Shown: piece after piece, positions 25,761-34,135 of the stretch
Position numbering within the stretch: position 1 is the stretch's first letter
Layout: every line of letters starts with the position of its first letter
UHGV virus genome: UHGV-0197604
DNA: 43,250 bases
DNA from: a virus
Direction: 5' to 3' (one strand)
Position numbers and translations under genes: made by a program
The notes under the pieces: model-generated
Seen by the model: only the letters and a program-made list of their open reading frames with translations
Told to the model about the DNA's origin: nothing
Databases searched by the model: none

Positions 25761-26231
25761 TTAATATTTTTCAAGTATTTTACTAATAGCCTTTAAAGCG
25801 TGATCAGACTTCTTCCAAACAGCAGTTTTGCTTAGATGTAATTTTTTCCCCATTTGCTCCATAGTCATATCGTTGTTAATCCAGATATGATAAACAATAG
25901 ATCTATAATCATCGTCTTTTAAATTTTTAAGGGCGTATCTAATATCAGCATTTTCAAGTCTTATTTCTTTAATTTCCTTGTCAATTTCATTTATTTTATC
26001 AATAACTTTTATTATTTTTTCTTCCTGTGTAGAACCGCCACCTTGGACTGCTTCACTATCAGACATACAAGCCTTAATCCCATCAATGCTTGCCCTTAGA
26101 TTATCTCTCTTATCCATTTTCATATTGATATAATCAAGGTCATATTTATATTTTTTTAATCTTTTCTTAACACTTTCCCTTTCAATCTCGTTCTTGACCT
26201 CTAAAACGCTTTTTCTTTTCTTATAATTCAT
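25761..26231 (-). CDS. ArpU/RinA-family late transcription regulator
   Basis: VQGGGST motif, coiled coil, C-terminal sigma-4-like HTH; last early gene before terS. Confidence 0.82.
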   Translation of the reverse strand: MNYKKRKSVLEVKNEIERESVKKRLKKYKYDLDYINMKMDKRDNLRASIDGIKACMSDSEAVQGGGSTQEEKIIKVIDKINEIDKEIKEIRLENADIRYALKNLKDDDYRSIVYHIWINNDMTMEQMGKKLHLSKTAVWKKSDHALKAISKILEKY

Positions 26232-26240
26232 CGTTTCTCC

Positions 26241-26585
26241 TTATGTTTCCAAAAATTTAAACTCATTCCCATACTTAAATAAAAACATCTTCTTTTTAAG
26301 CTTGTATACATCAGTTTTGAAACCTTTTACATCTTCAACAATCCAAACCTTTTTATTGTTATCAAAATATTTAAAATCAGCCTTATAAACAACTTTTCTA
26401 ATAGTTTTTCCATTATGAATTAGTTTAGGAATAAGATCAAAAACAGGTTGTAACTCCAAACAAGAAATAGCCTTTCCCCTTTCAAGAAGTTTCAATTCCT
26501 TGTATCTCCTAGCCTCTTTCTTACTATCAAACTTAATGCCGTCAATTTCAGTTTTTACTGCTCCATATTTGCTATATCTTGGCAC
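26241..26585 (-). CDS. DUF1064-family endonuclease (putative resolvase)
   Basis: SKYGA.KTEIDGIKFDSKKEARRY...LELQP.F...YKADF.Y...VEDVKGFKTDVYKLKKK. Confidence 0.88.
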   Translation of the reverse strand: MPRYSKYGAVKTEIDGIKFDSKKEARRYKELKLLERGKAISCLELQPVFDLIPKLIHNGKTIRKVVYKADFKYFDNNKKVWIVEDVKGFKTDVYKLKKKMFLFKYGNEFKFLET

Positions 26586-26770
26586 TTTCCAATCTCCCTA
26601 TTTAAATATGTTATAGCCTTTCTTAAATCTTCTACCTTATCACCTTTTTTACCTGCCCTAGCTATATACTTAAAAGCATTACCTAAATTAAAATTAAAGT
26701 TAAATGCATCTATCACATAAAAAGCTTCAATCCCGTTTGATTTATAATAATCTGGTCTAATCTCTTTCAT
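26555..26770 (-). CDS. DUF3310-family protein
   Basis: PDYY...IEAF...FNLGNAFKYIARAGKK...EDLRKA..YL. Confidence 0.85.
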   Translation of the reverse strand: MKEIRPDYYKSNGIEAFYVIDAFNFNFNLGNAFKYIARAGKKGDKVEDLRKAITYLNREIGKCQDIANMEQ

Positions 26771-27056
26771 TCAAAATCCCCTTAAAACTAATCTTTGTTT
26801 CTTTTTCCAAAGTATCAGTAATATCACCAATACTTACACGTCCGTCATCTATACAATCTAAGGTAAACTTAAAATAATCAATAAAGTTTTCAAGCCTACC
26901 TCCGCCATAACCCTCTTTATCACGAAGAAATAGCATAGGAATAACAATTAATTTCTGTAATGCAATATCTATCCCCTTGTTTTTCCCTTCTTCAAATTCA
27001 GTCGCCCTTATAATATCTACATCCTTTTTGGTGTAAATATTCTTTCTAATTCTCAT
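26757..27056 (-). CDS. Hypothetical phage protein
   Basis: Coupled ORF with LRDKEGYGGGRLENF motif. Confidence 0.72.
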   Translation of the reverse strand: MRIRKNIYTKKDVDIIRATEFEEGKNKGIDIALQKLIVIPMLFLRDKEGYGGGRLENFIDYFKFTLDCIDDGRVSIGDITDTLEKETKISFKGILNERD

Positions 27057-27067
27057 TCAAATCCTCA

Positions 27068-27433
27068 TCACTTATTTTTAAATTCTTCCATTTTCTTAAA
27101 AACATAATCAATGTTTGATCTTATTTCTTTTTTACTCATCTTATAAACATCTTCTATTTCATAATTTTTAGTCAAAGCTATCGCATACATTTCTTTTTTA
27201 TTAGGTATTAAAATTGTTGAAATTACTATAATAATCCACAATATAGAAAACTTTAAAGTTATAATTTTCAGTTTTTTCTCAAATCTTTTTTGCTCATCTT
27301 CTTTAAAAAAAGATACGCTATCATAAACATAAACTATTACACAACCTACTACAATTGGAATTAAAACAAGTAAAATAAAATTAACTACCCTAATCCCACT
27401 TAAAACAGAAATCAAATAAATAATCTTTCCCAT
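27068..27433 (-). CDS. Hypothetical membrane protein (2 TM)
   Basis: Two hydrophobic segments; IPNKKEMYAI motif. Confidence 0.72.
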   Translation of the reverse strand: MGKIIYLISVLSGIRVVNFILLVLIPIVVGCVIVYVYDSVSFFKEDEQKRFEKKLKIITLKFSILWIIIVISTILIPNKKEMYAIALTKNYEIEDVYKMSKKEIRSNIDYVFKKMEEFKNK

Positions 27434-27796
27434 TTACAAATCCTCACTTTTCACAAAAGTCCCGTTAATAGTTTTTCCTTTTCTTTTACTAATCTTTTCA
27501 TACGCCATCTCCAAACATATAACAGGGTCAATTCCCAAGTCCTCACATAAAATAATTAACGTTACAAATATATCTCCCATTTCAAGTTCCATATTTTTCT
27601 GAGTTTCTATTTGCTCATAATCAGAATAAACCTCCTCTAGAGATTTACCAATTCTACATAAATAATCAAACTCCGTCTTAAACTCAAAAACTTCCTCAAT
27701 AAATTTCATAAACTGTACATCAGCATTTTCAGAATGTAACAAATCCTTATCATTCGCCCATTCCAAAACCAACTCTTTTAATTCTCCAAAACTCAT
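27434..27796 (-). CDS. MazG-like nucleotide pyrophosphohydrolase (start MSFGELK at 27796)
   Basis: EWANDKDL...QFMKFIEEVFE...EMGDIFVTLII...CLEMAYEKISKRKGKTINGTFVK; RBS AGGAG. Confidence 0.85.
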   Translation of the reverse strand: MSFGELKELVLEWANDKDLLHSENADVQFMKFIEEVFEFKTEFDYLCRIGKSLEEVYSDYEQIETQKNMELEMGDIFVTLIILCEDLGIDPVICLEMAYEKISKRKGKTINGTFVKSEDL

Positions 27797-27986
27797 ATAA
27801 TACAATCTCCTGTATGTTTAATTTCTATTACTGTGACATCGTTTATATTTCTTTCTTCAAAATATAACCTATCGATGCTAAAATATTGATCAAATCGACA
27901 ATCAGTATAATTTATGTTATATATATTTCAATTAGACTTTCCTCGTCAAATTGTTCTAATCTTTTGATCAGTTCTTTTACTTTCAT
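27793..27986 (-). pseudogene. Frameshifted MKVKE-type small gene (2-bp excess in a TA tract at 27918-27926)
   Basis: Span is 194 nt (192+2); removing one TA gives a 63-aa ORF with ATGA overlaps at both ends. Confidence 0.75.
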
Positions 27987-28177
27987 TCCTTAACCTCTCC
28001 TAACTCAAAAGTTATCTCACAAATCCCATCATTTGTCTTTATGTCGGTAAAATTTAATTCTGTATGAAATTCTTTATAATCTCCATAATTCACTATTCCT
28101 TCTTCAAACAAATCAAATTTCAATTCATCTTCTGGGTCCATATCTTTAAACAAATCTAAAAATTCTTTTACTTTCAT
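27983..28177 (-). CDS. Small acidic hypothetical protein (MKVKE family)
   Basis: RBS GAGGA; coupled ORF. Confidence 0.75.
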   Translation of the reverse strand: MKVKEFLDLFKDMDPEDELKFDLFEEGIVNYGDYKEFHTELNFTDIKTNDGICEITFELGEVKE

Positions 28178-28179
28178 GT

Positions 28180-28542
28180 CTATTCCTCATAAGTATCTAT
28201 CACATTTATAATTCCATCTTTTATCTCACTAGCTATTGATTCAGCTAAATCCTCTCTATCTACTTCATCATTTGTATTAAAATTACCTTTCAAACTTTTA
28301 TTAATCTGTTTAGATATGCACTCTTCAATGGTAAACCAATTTCTGTTTATCCAATCTTTTAAGTCTTCTTGACAGGTATATCGACTATTTAATTGTTTTA
28401 TCTTTTCGTCTTGATATCTAACTACTTCTACAAGTGCATCTTTTGAAATGAAATTATGACTATCAAGTGCACAAACTCTCTCTATTAAGTTGTTTTTGCC
28501 ATCTTCAATTGCATCAATAAAATCTTTATCACTAAATCTCAC
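28180..28542 (-). CDS. Hypothetical protein (GTG start)
   Basis: RBS GGAGG; fills the operon. Confidence 0.7.
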   Translation of the reverse strand: MRFSDKDFIDAIEDGKNNLIERVCALDSHNFISKDALVEVVRYQDEKIKQLNSRYTCQEDLKDWINRNWFTIEECISKQINKSLKGNFNTNDEVDREDLAESIASEIKDGIINVIDTYEE

Positions 28543-28553
28543 TCCTTAACCTC

Positions 28554-28763
28554 CTAATCAAACTCATAAAAAACATCTTTAATTTTTTCTCCACATCTAG
28601 GACAAGTTATATATTCATATTGCCAATCTGGAAAATCACTCCATGCTAAACCTTGCTCATCTAAAAAATCCTCAAAATCTTGTATGATTCTTTCCTCGCA
28701 CCATGGACAAGTATAATCCAAATCGCTTGGTGCTTGTATTAGTGTTACTACTGTATTACTCAT
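28554..28763 (-). CDS. Small zinc-ribbon protein
   Basis: CPWC and CPRC pairs; RBS GGAGG. Confidence 0.75.
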   Translation of the reverse strand: MSNTVVTLIQAPSDLDYTCPWCEERIIQDFEDFLDEQGLAWSDFPDWQYEYITCPRCGEKIKDVFYEFD

Positions 28764-28933
28764 CTTTTAACCTCCACTTCATAATCGCCTTGCACAAGCT
28801 TAAACCTTTCTTGTTCATCATCTCTTATCCAAACACCCGTAAACTTATCCATACCGTAAAACATATTGTCAATAATCATAAAATTAGTCCATATATGCTT
28901 TTTAGAGTCCCAAGCTTTAAAATCAATCTTCAT
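28760..28933 (-). CDS. Small protein with YopX-like N-terminus (MKIDFKAWDSKK..., 57 aa), not in the ORF track
   Basis: RBS GGAGG; ATGA overlap with the next gene; FKAWD motif. Confidence 0.68.
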   Translation of the reverse strand: MKIDFKAWDSKKHIWTNFMIIDNMFYGMDKFTGVWIRDDEQERFKLVQGDYEVEVKR

Positions 28934-29087
28934 TCTTTAACCTCCAATTTATATTAGTTACCTCAATATAGATAGCTAATAAAATTATTGAAATTGTAAA
29001 TAATTTATCAGTACCCTTCCATAAAAAAAACAAAGTAGTAACTAAAAATAGTAATCTAAACCTTAATAATTCTTGTTCTTTAATCAT
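28923..29087 (-). CDS. Small two-TM protein (MIKEQELLRFRLLFLV..., 54 aa), not in the ORF track
   Basis: RBS GAGGAG; ATGA overlap with the upstream gene; two hydrophobic stretches. Confidence 0.62.
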   Translation of the reverse strand: MIKEQELLRFRLLFLVTTLFFLWKGTDKLFTISIILLAIYIEVTNINWRLKNED

Positions 29088-29467
29088 TCTTTCTCCTCTT
29101 TCAAATCCTCATCAAATAATATAGGTATTTGTATAAAAAACTCAGCATCATCTTCTGGAAATTTATTATCAAGAGGAGTCCCTATATATACAGGTTCAAA
29201 AAATTCTTTACTAAAATCTTTGTTTCTTCTAAACCAAATACAATCCCAATAATCTTCGTGCCAATCTTCTTGTTTTTTAAGTGTCAAAGCATCCTCTAAT
29301 TTTCCAAGCCTATTAGTAGCTATCCAATGAGCAAAAAACGTATCATAATCTTTATACATATTAATCAAATCAAGATTACCTAGTGTCTTTAAACTAAAAT
29401 CTCCACCTACTGATGGTTCAGTCATTTTTTTGTTTTCCCATTCTTTTGGGTCTGGTCTAAAATTCAT
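29084..29467 (-). CDS. Hypothetical protein
   Basis: RBS GAGG; coupled ORF. Confidence 0.7.
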   Translation of the reverse strand: MNFRPDPKEWENKKMTEPSVGGDFSLKTLGNLDLINMYKDYDTFFAHWIATNRLGKLEDALTLKKQEDWHEDYWDCIWFRRNKDFSKEFFEPVYIGTPLDNKFPEDDAEFFIQIPILFDEDLKEEKE

Positions 29468-29654
29468 TCTTTAACCTCTCAATATCTTTTTTCATTGATT
29501 CCAAAGATTCTACGCTTATCTTAATTTTTACTTCTTTTCCTTTTATTTCCTTAAAAGTTTTACTATCAATAGCAATTACTTTCTCTTTTCTTTTATCAGC
29601 GTCATCTACAATTAAACTTAAAATATTATAGAGTTTTCTTTCTGTATCATTCAT
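29457..29654 (-). CDS. Hypothetical protein
   Basis: RBS GGAG; ATGA overlap. Confidence 0.68.
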   Translation of the reverse strand: MNDTERKLYNILSLIVDDADKRKEKVIAIDSKTFKEIKGKEVKIKISVESLESMKKDIERLKNEF

Positions 29655-29869
29655 TTTAATATCTCCATATCTCTTAATTTCTCAATTGTTTCATCTTCCT
29701 TAATTTCCGTAATTCTATATTTTAAATGTAAATTTAATCTTAATACGATATCTGAATCAATTATCCTATAATGATTTTTCACACAAGAATCGATATAAGC
29801 ATCAATTATGTCAGTAATAACTTCTATTTCTTTCCTAGTCATCATTACAGGATATTTTTTATCACTCAT
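29651..29869 (-). CDS. Hypothetical protein
   Basis: RBS AAGGAG; overlapping ORF chain. Confidence 0.68.
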   Translation of the reverse strand: MSDKKYPVMMTRKEIEVITDIIDAYIDSCVKNHYRIIDSDIVLRLNLHLKYRITEIKEDETIEKLRDMEILK

Positions 29870-30056
29870 TATTTAAACTCCTTTTATATCTCCTAACTTC
29901 CTCTAAAATTAACATTGGTGTAATATCGCCATCAACCTTTATTTCACATTTATATTCTGTATCAGTTTCCTTGTCATAAAGATAAGCTAAAACCTCACTA
30001 TCTTCATCTTCTAGGTAAAAATATTCTAGCTCTTTTATAAGGTCTTTTACTTTCAA
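29862..30056 (-). CDS. Small acidic hypothetical protein (MKVKD family, TTG start)
   Basis: RBS GAGG; N-terminus like 27983-28177. Confidence 0.68.
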   Translation of the reverse strand: MKVKDLIKELEYFYLEDEDSEVLAYLYDKETDTEYKCEIKVDGDITPMLILEEVRRYKRSLNNE

Positions 30057-30415
30057 TCTTTTACCTCTTTTCCTATAACTCCATTTTCTTTTAAATCATC
30101 TATGAGATTGAAAGTATAGTTCATACAATCTCTATCGTTTTTAGATAGACCTTTAATTTTTAAATCTTCTTTTGTAAATTCAAAACCAGCCATTCCACCA
30201 TAAGAATCACATTCTATTTTTAAAGTGTTATCTTTGGTATTAAATCCCATCCAAAAATGATTGTTCATTCCAAATTCTACATCTTTTTTACTTCCAAAAG
30301 ATTTGAGATGACATATATGAGTTGGATTCATTGCATTATTTTCCCATAGGTTATATTTTCCTAATAGTTTTGTTTCTGCTATAAATAATTCTGGTTTTAA
30401 TACTTTATAAATCAT
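30053..30415 (-). CDS. Hypothetical protein
   Basis: RBS GAGGTGG; ECDSYGGM motif. Confidence 0.72.
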   Translation of the reverse strand: MIYKVLKPELFIAETKLLGKYNLWENNAMNPTHICHLKSFGSKKDVEFGMNNHFWMGFNTKDNTLKIECDSYGGMAGFEFTKEDLKIKGLSKNDRDCMNYTFNLIDDLKENGVIGKEVKD

Positions 30416-30429
30416 TCTTCCACCTCTTC

Positions 30430-30687
30430 TTACCTCTCATCAATTGGGGTAGCCGCATATTCAAAACATAACCTATAAAGTTCTTCAAGTTCAGGAGATT
30501 TCTCTATTGGCACATAACAATTACCACTTACAGTATTTATAGCATAAGTGCTCTCAGTCCACACTGTAATCATTGCATTATCGTCTTTGTATATTTGCAC
30601 ACCAATGAGATTACCAAATGAACCCCATATAGTTATCACATTATCTGCCAGTTGTTTGGCTCTTTTTATAAATTCTTCAGTTTTCAT
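30430..30687 (-). CDS. Hypothetical protein
   Basis: MKTEEFIK start and EYAATPIDER end, a pattern common in Firmicute phage early genes. Confidence 0.72.
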   Translation of the reverse strand: MKTEEFIKRAKQLADNVITIWGSFGNLIGVQIYKDDNAMITVWTESTYAINTVSGNCYVPIEKSPELEELYRLCFEYAATPIDER

Positions 30688-30872
30688 TTTTCTACCTCCA
30701 CAACTTCCACCTTATAGCCTCTACTATTTAAGCCTTTCCTTTGATTTCTCATCTTAGAATAAATAGCCATCTTATTCTTGCCACTGTCTTTGGCTAATTC
30801 CTCAATACTATTACCAACAGCAATTGGCCACTCCAATTCATCTGCTGTAACCATAAAATATAATCTTTCCAT
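30684..30872 (-). CDS. Small NUMOD1-like DNA-binding protein
   Basis: YFMVTADELEWPIAVGNSIEELAKDSG pattern. Confidence 0.65.
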   Translation of the reverse strand: MERLYFMVTADELEWPIAVGNSIEELAKDSGKNKMAIYSKMRNQRKGLNSRGYKVEVVEVEK

Positions 30873-30879
30873 AACTCAC

Positions 30880-31869
30880 CTAAAACATCGACATCTGAAA
30901 ATAAGCTTTAGCTGCCCTTTCCCTTGCCTTTGTTCCTATTTCTTTTTTCACTTTCTTGTCTGCATTGACAAACTCTTCCAATTTCTTTTCCCAGTCATCA
31001 CAGAGTCTTCTTATCTCCAATAAATTATTCTCAAATCTTTTAAAATCATTTGTAAATTCAGCTGCAATCATAAACTCAATTGAAAAAGAATTATCCACAT
31101 GATTAATCAGCATTGAATCAAGGTTAGAATTAACCTCATCAATATCAATCTCTTCTTTCTCTTTTTCAACATAAGGTTGACGCCAAATTTCCTCAGAATC
31201 TACTTCCTTGTAGGCTTTTCTTGTTTCTTTTTTTAACTTGCAATCATAAATTTCCTTTAAAACTCCCACATATTTCTTTTCCTTGTCAATTACAAGAAAA
31301 ATAACACTAATGCTAGTATCTTCAAAGGCATTTTCAATTACATTCAGTTCTACAAGCTTCTCCTTCAATATTTCCCTAAACTTACTTTCAGTTTTTCTAT
31401 AAGTTAGACCAGGAAATAAAATATAAAATCCATATCTTTTTGTATAATTCAAAGATTTTAAAACAAAAATATCATCAACCATTCCACTTGTCTTCCAAGG
31501 AAATTCAGAAGTTATATTTTTCCTTTCCTTTTCAGACAAATTCTTGTATTTTAGAGAAAAAGGCGGATTCATTATTACACAATCAGCTTTTAGATCACTA
31601 TCATAATTAAAGAAACTATCAACTAATACTTGACTGTTGGGATAATTTTCTAAAAAAACCTCCGCTGCTTGCTTTTGAATTTCAACTCCATAAACTTTTT
31701 CAGGATTGACAAATTCCTCCAATTGCCCAGAACCACAAGCACCATCAAAAACTATAGGCTTATCTCCAACATATTTTTTGACCTTTTTTGCTACATATCT
31801 TCTTAATTCCTTGCCAGTAATATATTCAGCGTGTTTTTTCGCTATATCACGATTATTAAATTCTTTCAC
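30880..31869 (-). CDS. Solitary N6-adenine DNA methyltransferase
   Basis: Motif I VFDGACGSG and motif IV MNPPF; no adjacent restriction gene. Confidence 0.9.
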   Translation of the reverse strand: MKEFNNRDIAKKHAEYITGKELRRYVAKKVKKYVGDKPIVFDGACGSGQLEEFVNPEKVYGVEIQKQAAEVFLENYPNSQVLVDSFFNYDSDLKADCVIMNPPFSLKYKNLSEKERKNITSEFPWKTSGMVDDIFVLKSLNYTKRYGFYILFPGLTYRKTESKFREILKEKLVELNVIENAFEDTSISVIFLVIDKEKKYVGVLKEIYDCKLKKETRKAYKEVDSEEIWRQPYVEKEKEEIDIDEVNSNLDSMLINHVDNSFSIEFMIAAEFTNDFKRFENNLLEIRRLCDDWEKKLEEFVNADKKVKKEIGTKARERAAKAYFQMSMF

Positions 31870-32352
31870 CTAAAACGGAATCCTCCCATCATCTTGCACC
31901 TCTTCAAAATCATCATCAAAGAAATTATCGTTATTCGCCCCATAATTGCTCGTAGATTGATTTTGATAACCTTGACTAGTATTTGTATTAGAATTATCTT
32001 TTGTCTCGTCCTGCGTTGTTCTGGTAAGAAATTCGACGTGTTGAGCAACAATATCTGTAGTGTAAACCCTATTACCATTATTATCTTCATAGGATCCAGT
32101 CTGAATTGCTCCCTCAACCGCACACTGACTGCCTTTTTTTAAATATCTACTAGCATTTTCGCCCATCTTGCCCCAAACAATAATTCTAGGAAAGTCAGCA
32201 GTCGGTTTATTTTGTGCTTCCATCTCCTCTTTTTTGTCCTTAGATAAATTCTTGTTTACTGCCAAAGTAAATTGACAAACTGCCATTCCCGATTGTGTAT
32301 ATCTTAAATCAGGATCTTTGGTTAAATAACCGATTAATACAACCTTATTCAT
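31870..32352 (-). CDS. ssb: Single-stranded DNA-binding protein (start MNKVVLIG at 32352)
   Basis: MNKVVLIGYLTKDPDLRYT OB fold; acidic tail DDGRIPF. Confidence 0.95.
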   Translation of the reverse strand: MNKVVLIGYLTKDPDLRYTQSGMAVCQFTLAVNKNLSKDKKEEMEAQNKPTADFPRIIVWGKMGENASRYLKKGSQCAVEGAIQTGSYEDNNGNRVYTTDIVAQHVEFLTRTTQDETKDNSNTNTSQGYQNQSTSNYGANNDNFFDDDFEEVQDDGRIPF

Positions 32353-32542
32353 ACAAACTCCTTTTCCTATTTTCCAAATAAAAATTAACAACAGAATCAA
32401 CCTCTGCCTGATTTTCACAAATCTTTAAAACTTCAATCCATTCTCCCTTGTGGTTTTCCTCAATCACCCAAAAGGCTTTATCGCTCAATACATGCTTGAC
32501 AACAAGCCTAGACTTGCTGTCAATTTGTTTTATAACTTCCAT
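32345..32542 (-). CDS. Hypothetical protein
   Basis: RBS present; between the rep and ssb genes. Confidence 0.62.
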   Translation of the reverse strand: MEVIKQIDSKSRLVVKHVLSDKAFWVIEENHKGEWIEVLKICENQAEVDSVVNFYLENRKRSLYE

Positions 32543-32545
32543 TTC

Positions 32546-33412
32546 CTAACTCCCATTTATCATTTTTTCAAATCTCTTTGCCCTTGCCTCTTCTGCATAA
32601 CTTTTTTCGCTAGCTTGATATCTAGGACTTTGCTTCTTGTCGTTGTAATTGCCCTCTAAAACTTTTATAAAATTATTAGGCTTTATAAACCAATCAATAG
32701 TTATCCTAAAATCACTTACATATCCCTTTAGAAATTTACTTTGATCAATACTTTTAATAGCTTTGATTACAGTATCTAATCCATGTTCATTAATTCTTGC
32801 CTTTAACATGTTATATCTTTGTGTATTTGCATTTAATGTTTGTATTCTGGGAATATTTTTATCAAGAGAGTTCCAAGTACTTAATATTTGTGTTTTGAAA
32901 TCCTCATCATCAACATGACTATTATTAGTATTCTTATCTATATCTAATCTATTCTTATTCTTATCTATTCTATTCTTATCTGGTGCGTTACGTAACGTTA
33001 CATTAACGTTACTAGGTTCTAATTCTTTTTGTTTTGCTCTAAATTTAGCCACTCTTTTTCTTGTTTGCTCTCTTACTCTGTCCATTCCCTCGATGTTTTG
33101 ATGTTTCTCCCAATTTGATATGCTTATTAGTCCATCTTCGCCAAGATTAATCATTTCAAATTTCTCAAATGCTTTAAGAGCAATCCTAACAGTATTCAAA
33201 GGCTGGTTACAAATAGTTGATATCATCTCATCAGTGTAGTTCATGTGTTGACCGATATATACTGCCCCGTTGTCATTAGTTTTTCCAGCCAAGCAAAGGA
33301 GTTGGATCCATATTAAAATTATTGCATCGCCCTCTGGCATTGACTTTATAAGTTTTATTTTTTCATCATCAAAAATATTTACCGATAATTTAATCCAGCT
33401 TATTCCTGCCAT
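32546..33412 (-). CDS. Replication initiator (phage replisome organizer N-terminal domain)
   Basis: WIKLSVNIFDDEKIKLI...IWIQLLCLAGK...ISNWEKHQN; C-terminal IDWFIKPNNFIKVLEGNY. Confidence 0.92.
   Translation of the reverse strand: MAGISWIKLSVNIFDDEKIKLIKSMPEGDAIILIWIQLLCLAGKTNDNGAVYIGQHMNYTDEMISTICNQPLNTVRIALKAFEKFEMINLGEDGLISISNWEKHQNIEGMDRVREQTRKRVAKFRAKQKELEPSNVNVTLRNAPDKNRIDKNKNRLDIDKNTNNSHVDDEDFKTQILSTWNSLDKNIPRIQTLNANTQRYNMLKARINEHGLDTVIKAIKSIDQSKFLKGYVSDFRITIDWFIKPNNFIKVLEGNYNDKKQSPRYQASEKSYAEEARAKRFEKMINGS
32929..33012. repeat. Probable replication origin (iteron-like repeats) inside the initiator gene
   Basis: Repeated TATTCTTATCT units at 32929-32981, then clustered GTTAC/GTAAC repeats including palindrome CGTTACGTAACG. 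Confidence 0.65.
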
Positions 33413-34135
33413 TTAACACACCACCACCTCAATTCCTGTCGTTTCTTGTATAGTTCTTTTTATCAGCTTTTCATCTGAGTTTCCGTCTGATAAATGCAAC
33501 AAATATATCTTTTTACACCTGTCTAAACTTGCAGCCCTTAAAGCCTCCACAAGACTTTCTAAAGACAAGTGATTTTTTACAATCCTATTTCTTAAACTTG
33601 TATTTATATTTCCTAATCTTACATTTTCATCAAGTTTAGCTTTTACATAATTACACTCAATCATCAGTACATCACATTCTGGTATCTTATATTTTAGATA
33701 AGCTGTATCAGTAACAAAAACTAAGGATTCTTTATCATCTCTAGTTTTAATAAAATAACTTACTGGCTCGGCTACATCGTGGACTGCTTCAAATGGTAAA
33801 ATTATCAAATCTTTTAAAAGTTTGAAATTATATTGCCAACCCCTATCTGGACTTTTATAAAAATTATGAAGTCTATGCCCATTTACCTTTAAAGCTTCTG
33901 CAGTCCCCTTGGTCATATAACAATCGACCCCTGCTTTCATTAAATCTTTTACAGCCTTTGCATGATCCATATGCTCATGAGTTACTAAGCAAGCGTCAAT
34001 TTCTGATACCTTAAAATTAAGCTTTTTTTGAATAACCTTGTATGGCAGACCACACTCCAAAAGAAGTGTAGCCTTGCCAATTTTAACCTTGTAGCAATTG
34101 CCACTTGATCCAGTTCCTAATACTTCAACTTTCAT
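33413..34135 (-). CDS. MBL-fold metallo-hydrolase (putative exonuclease partner of RecT)
   Basis: GTGSSGNCY, THEHMDH, HDV, LIECNY-like and LHLSDGN motifs. Confidence 0.92.
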   Translation of the reverse strand: MKVEVLGTGSSGNCYKVKIGKATLLLECGLPYKVIQKKLNFKVSEIDACLVTHEHMDHAKAVKDLMKAGVDCYMTKGTAEALKVNGHRLHNFYKSPDRGWQYNFKLLKDLIILPFEAVHDVAEPVSYFIKTRDDKESLVFVTDTAYLKYKIPECDVLMIECNYVKAKLDENVRLGNINTSLRNRIVKNHLSLESLVEALRAASLDRCKKIYLLHLSDGNSDEKLIKRTIQETTGIEVVVC

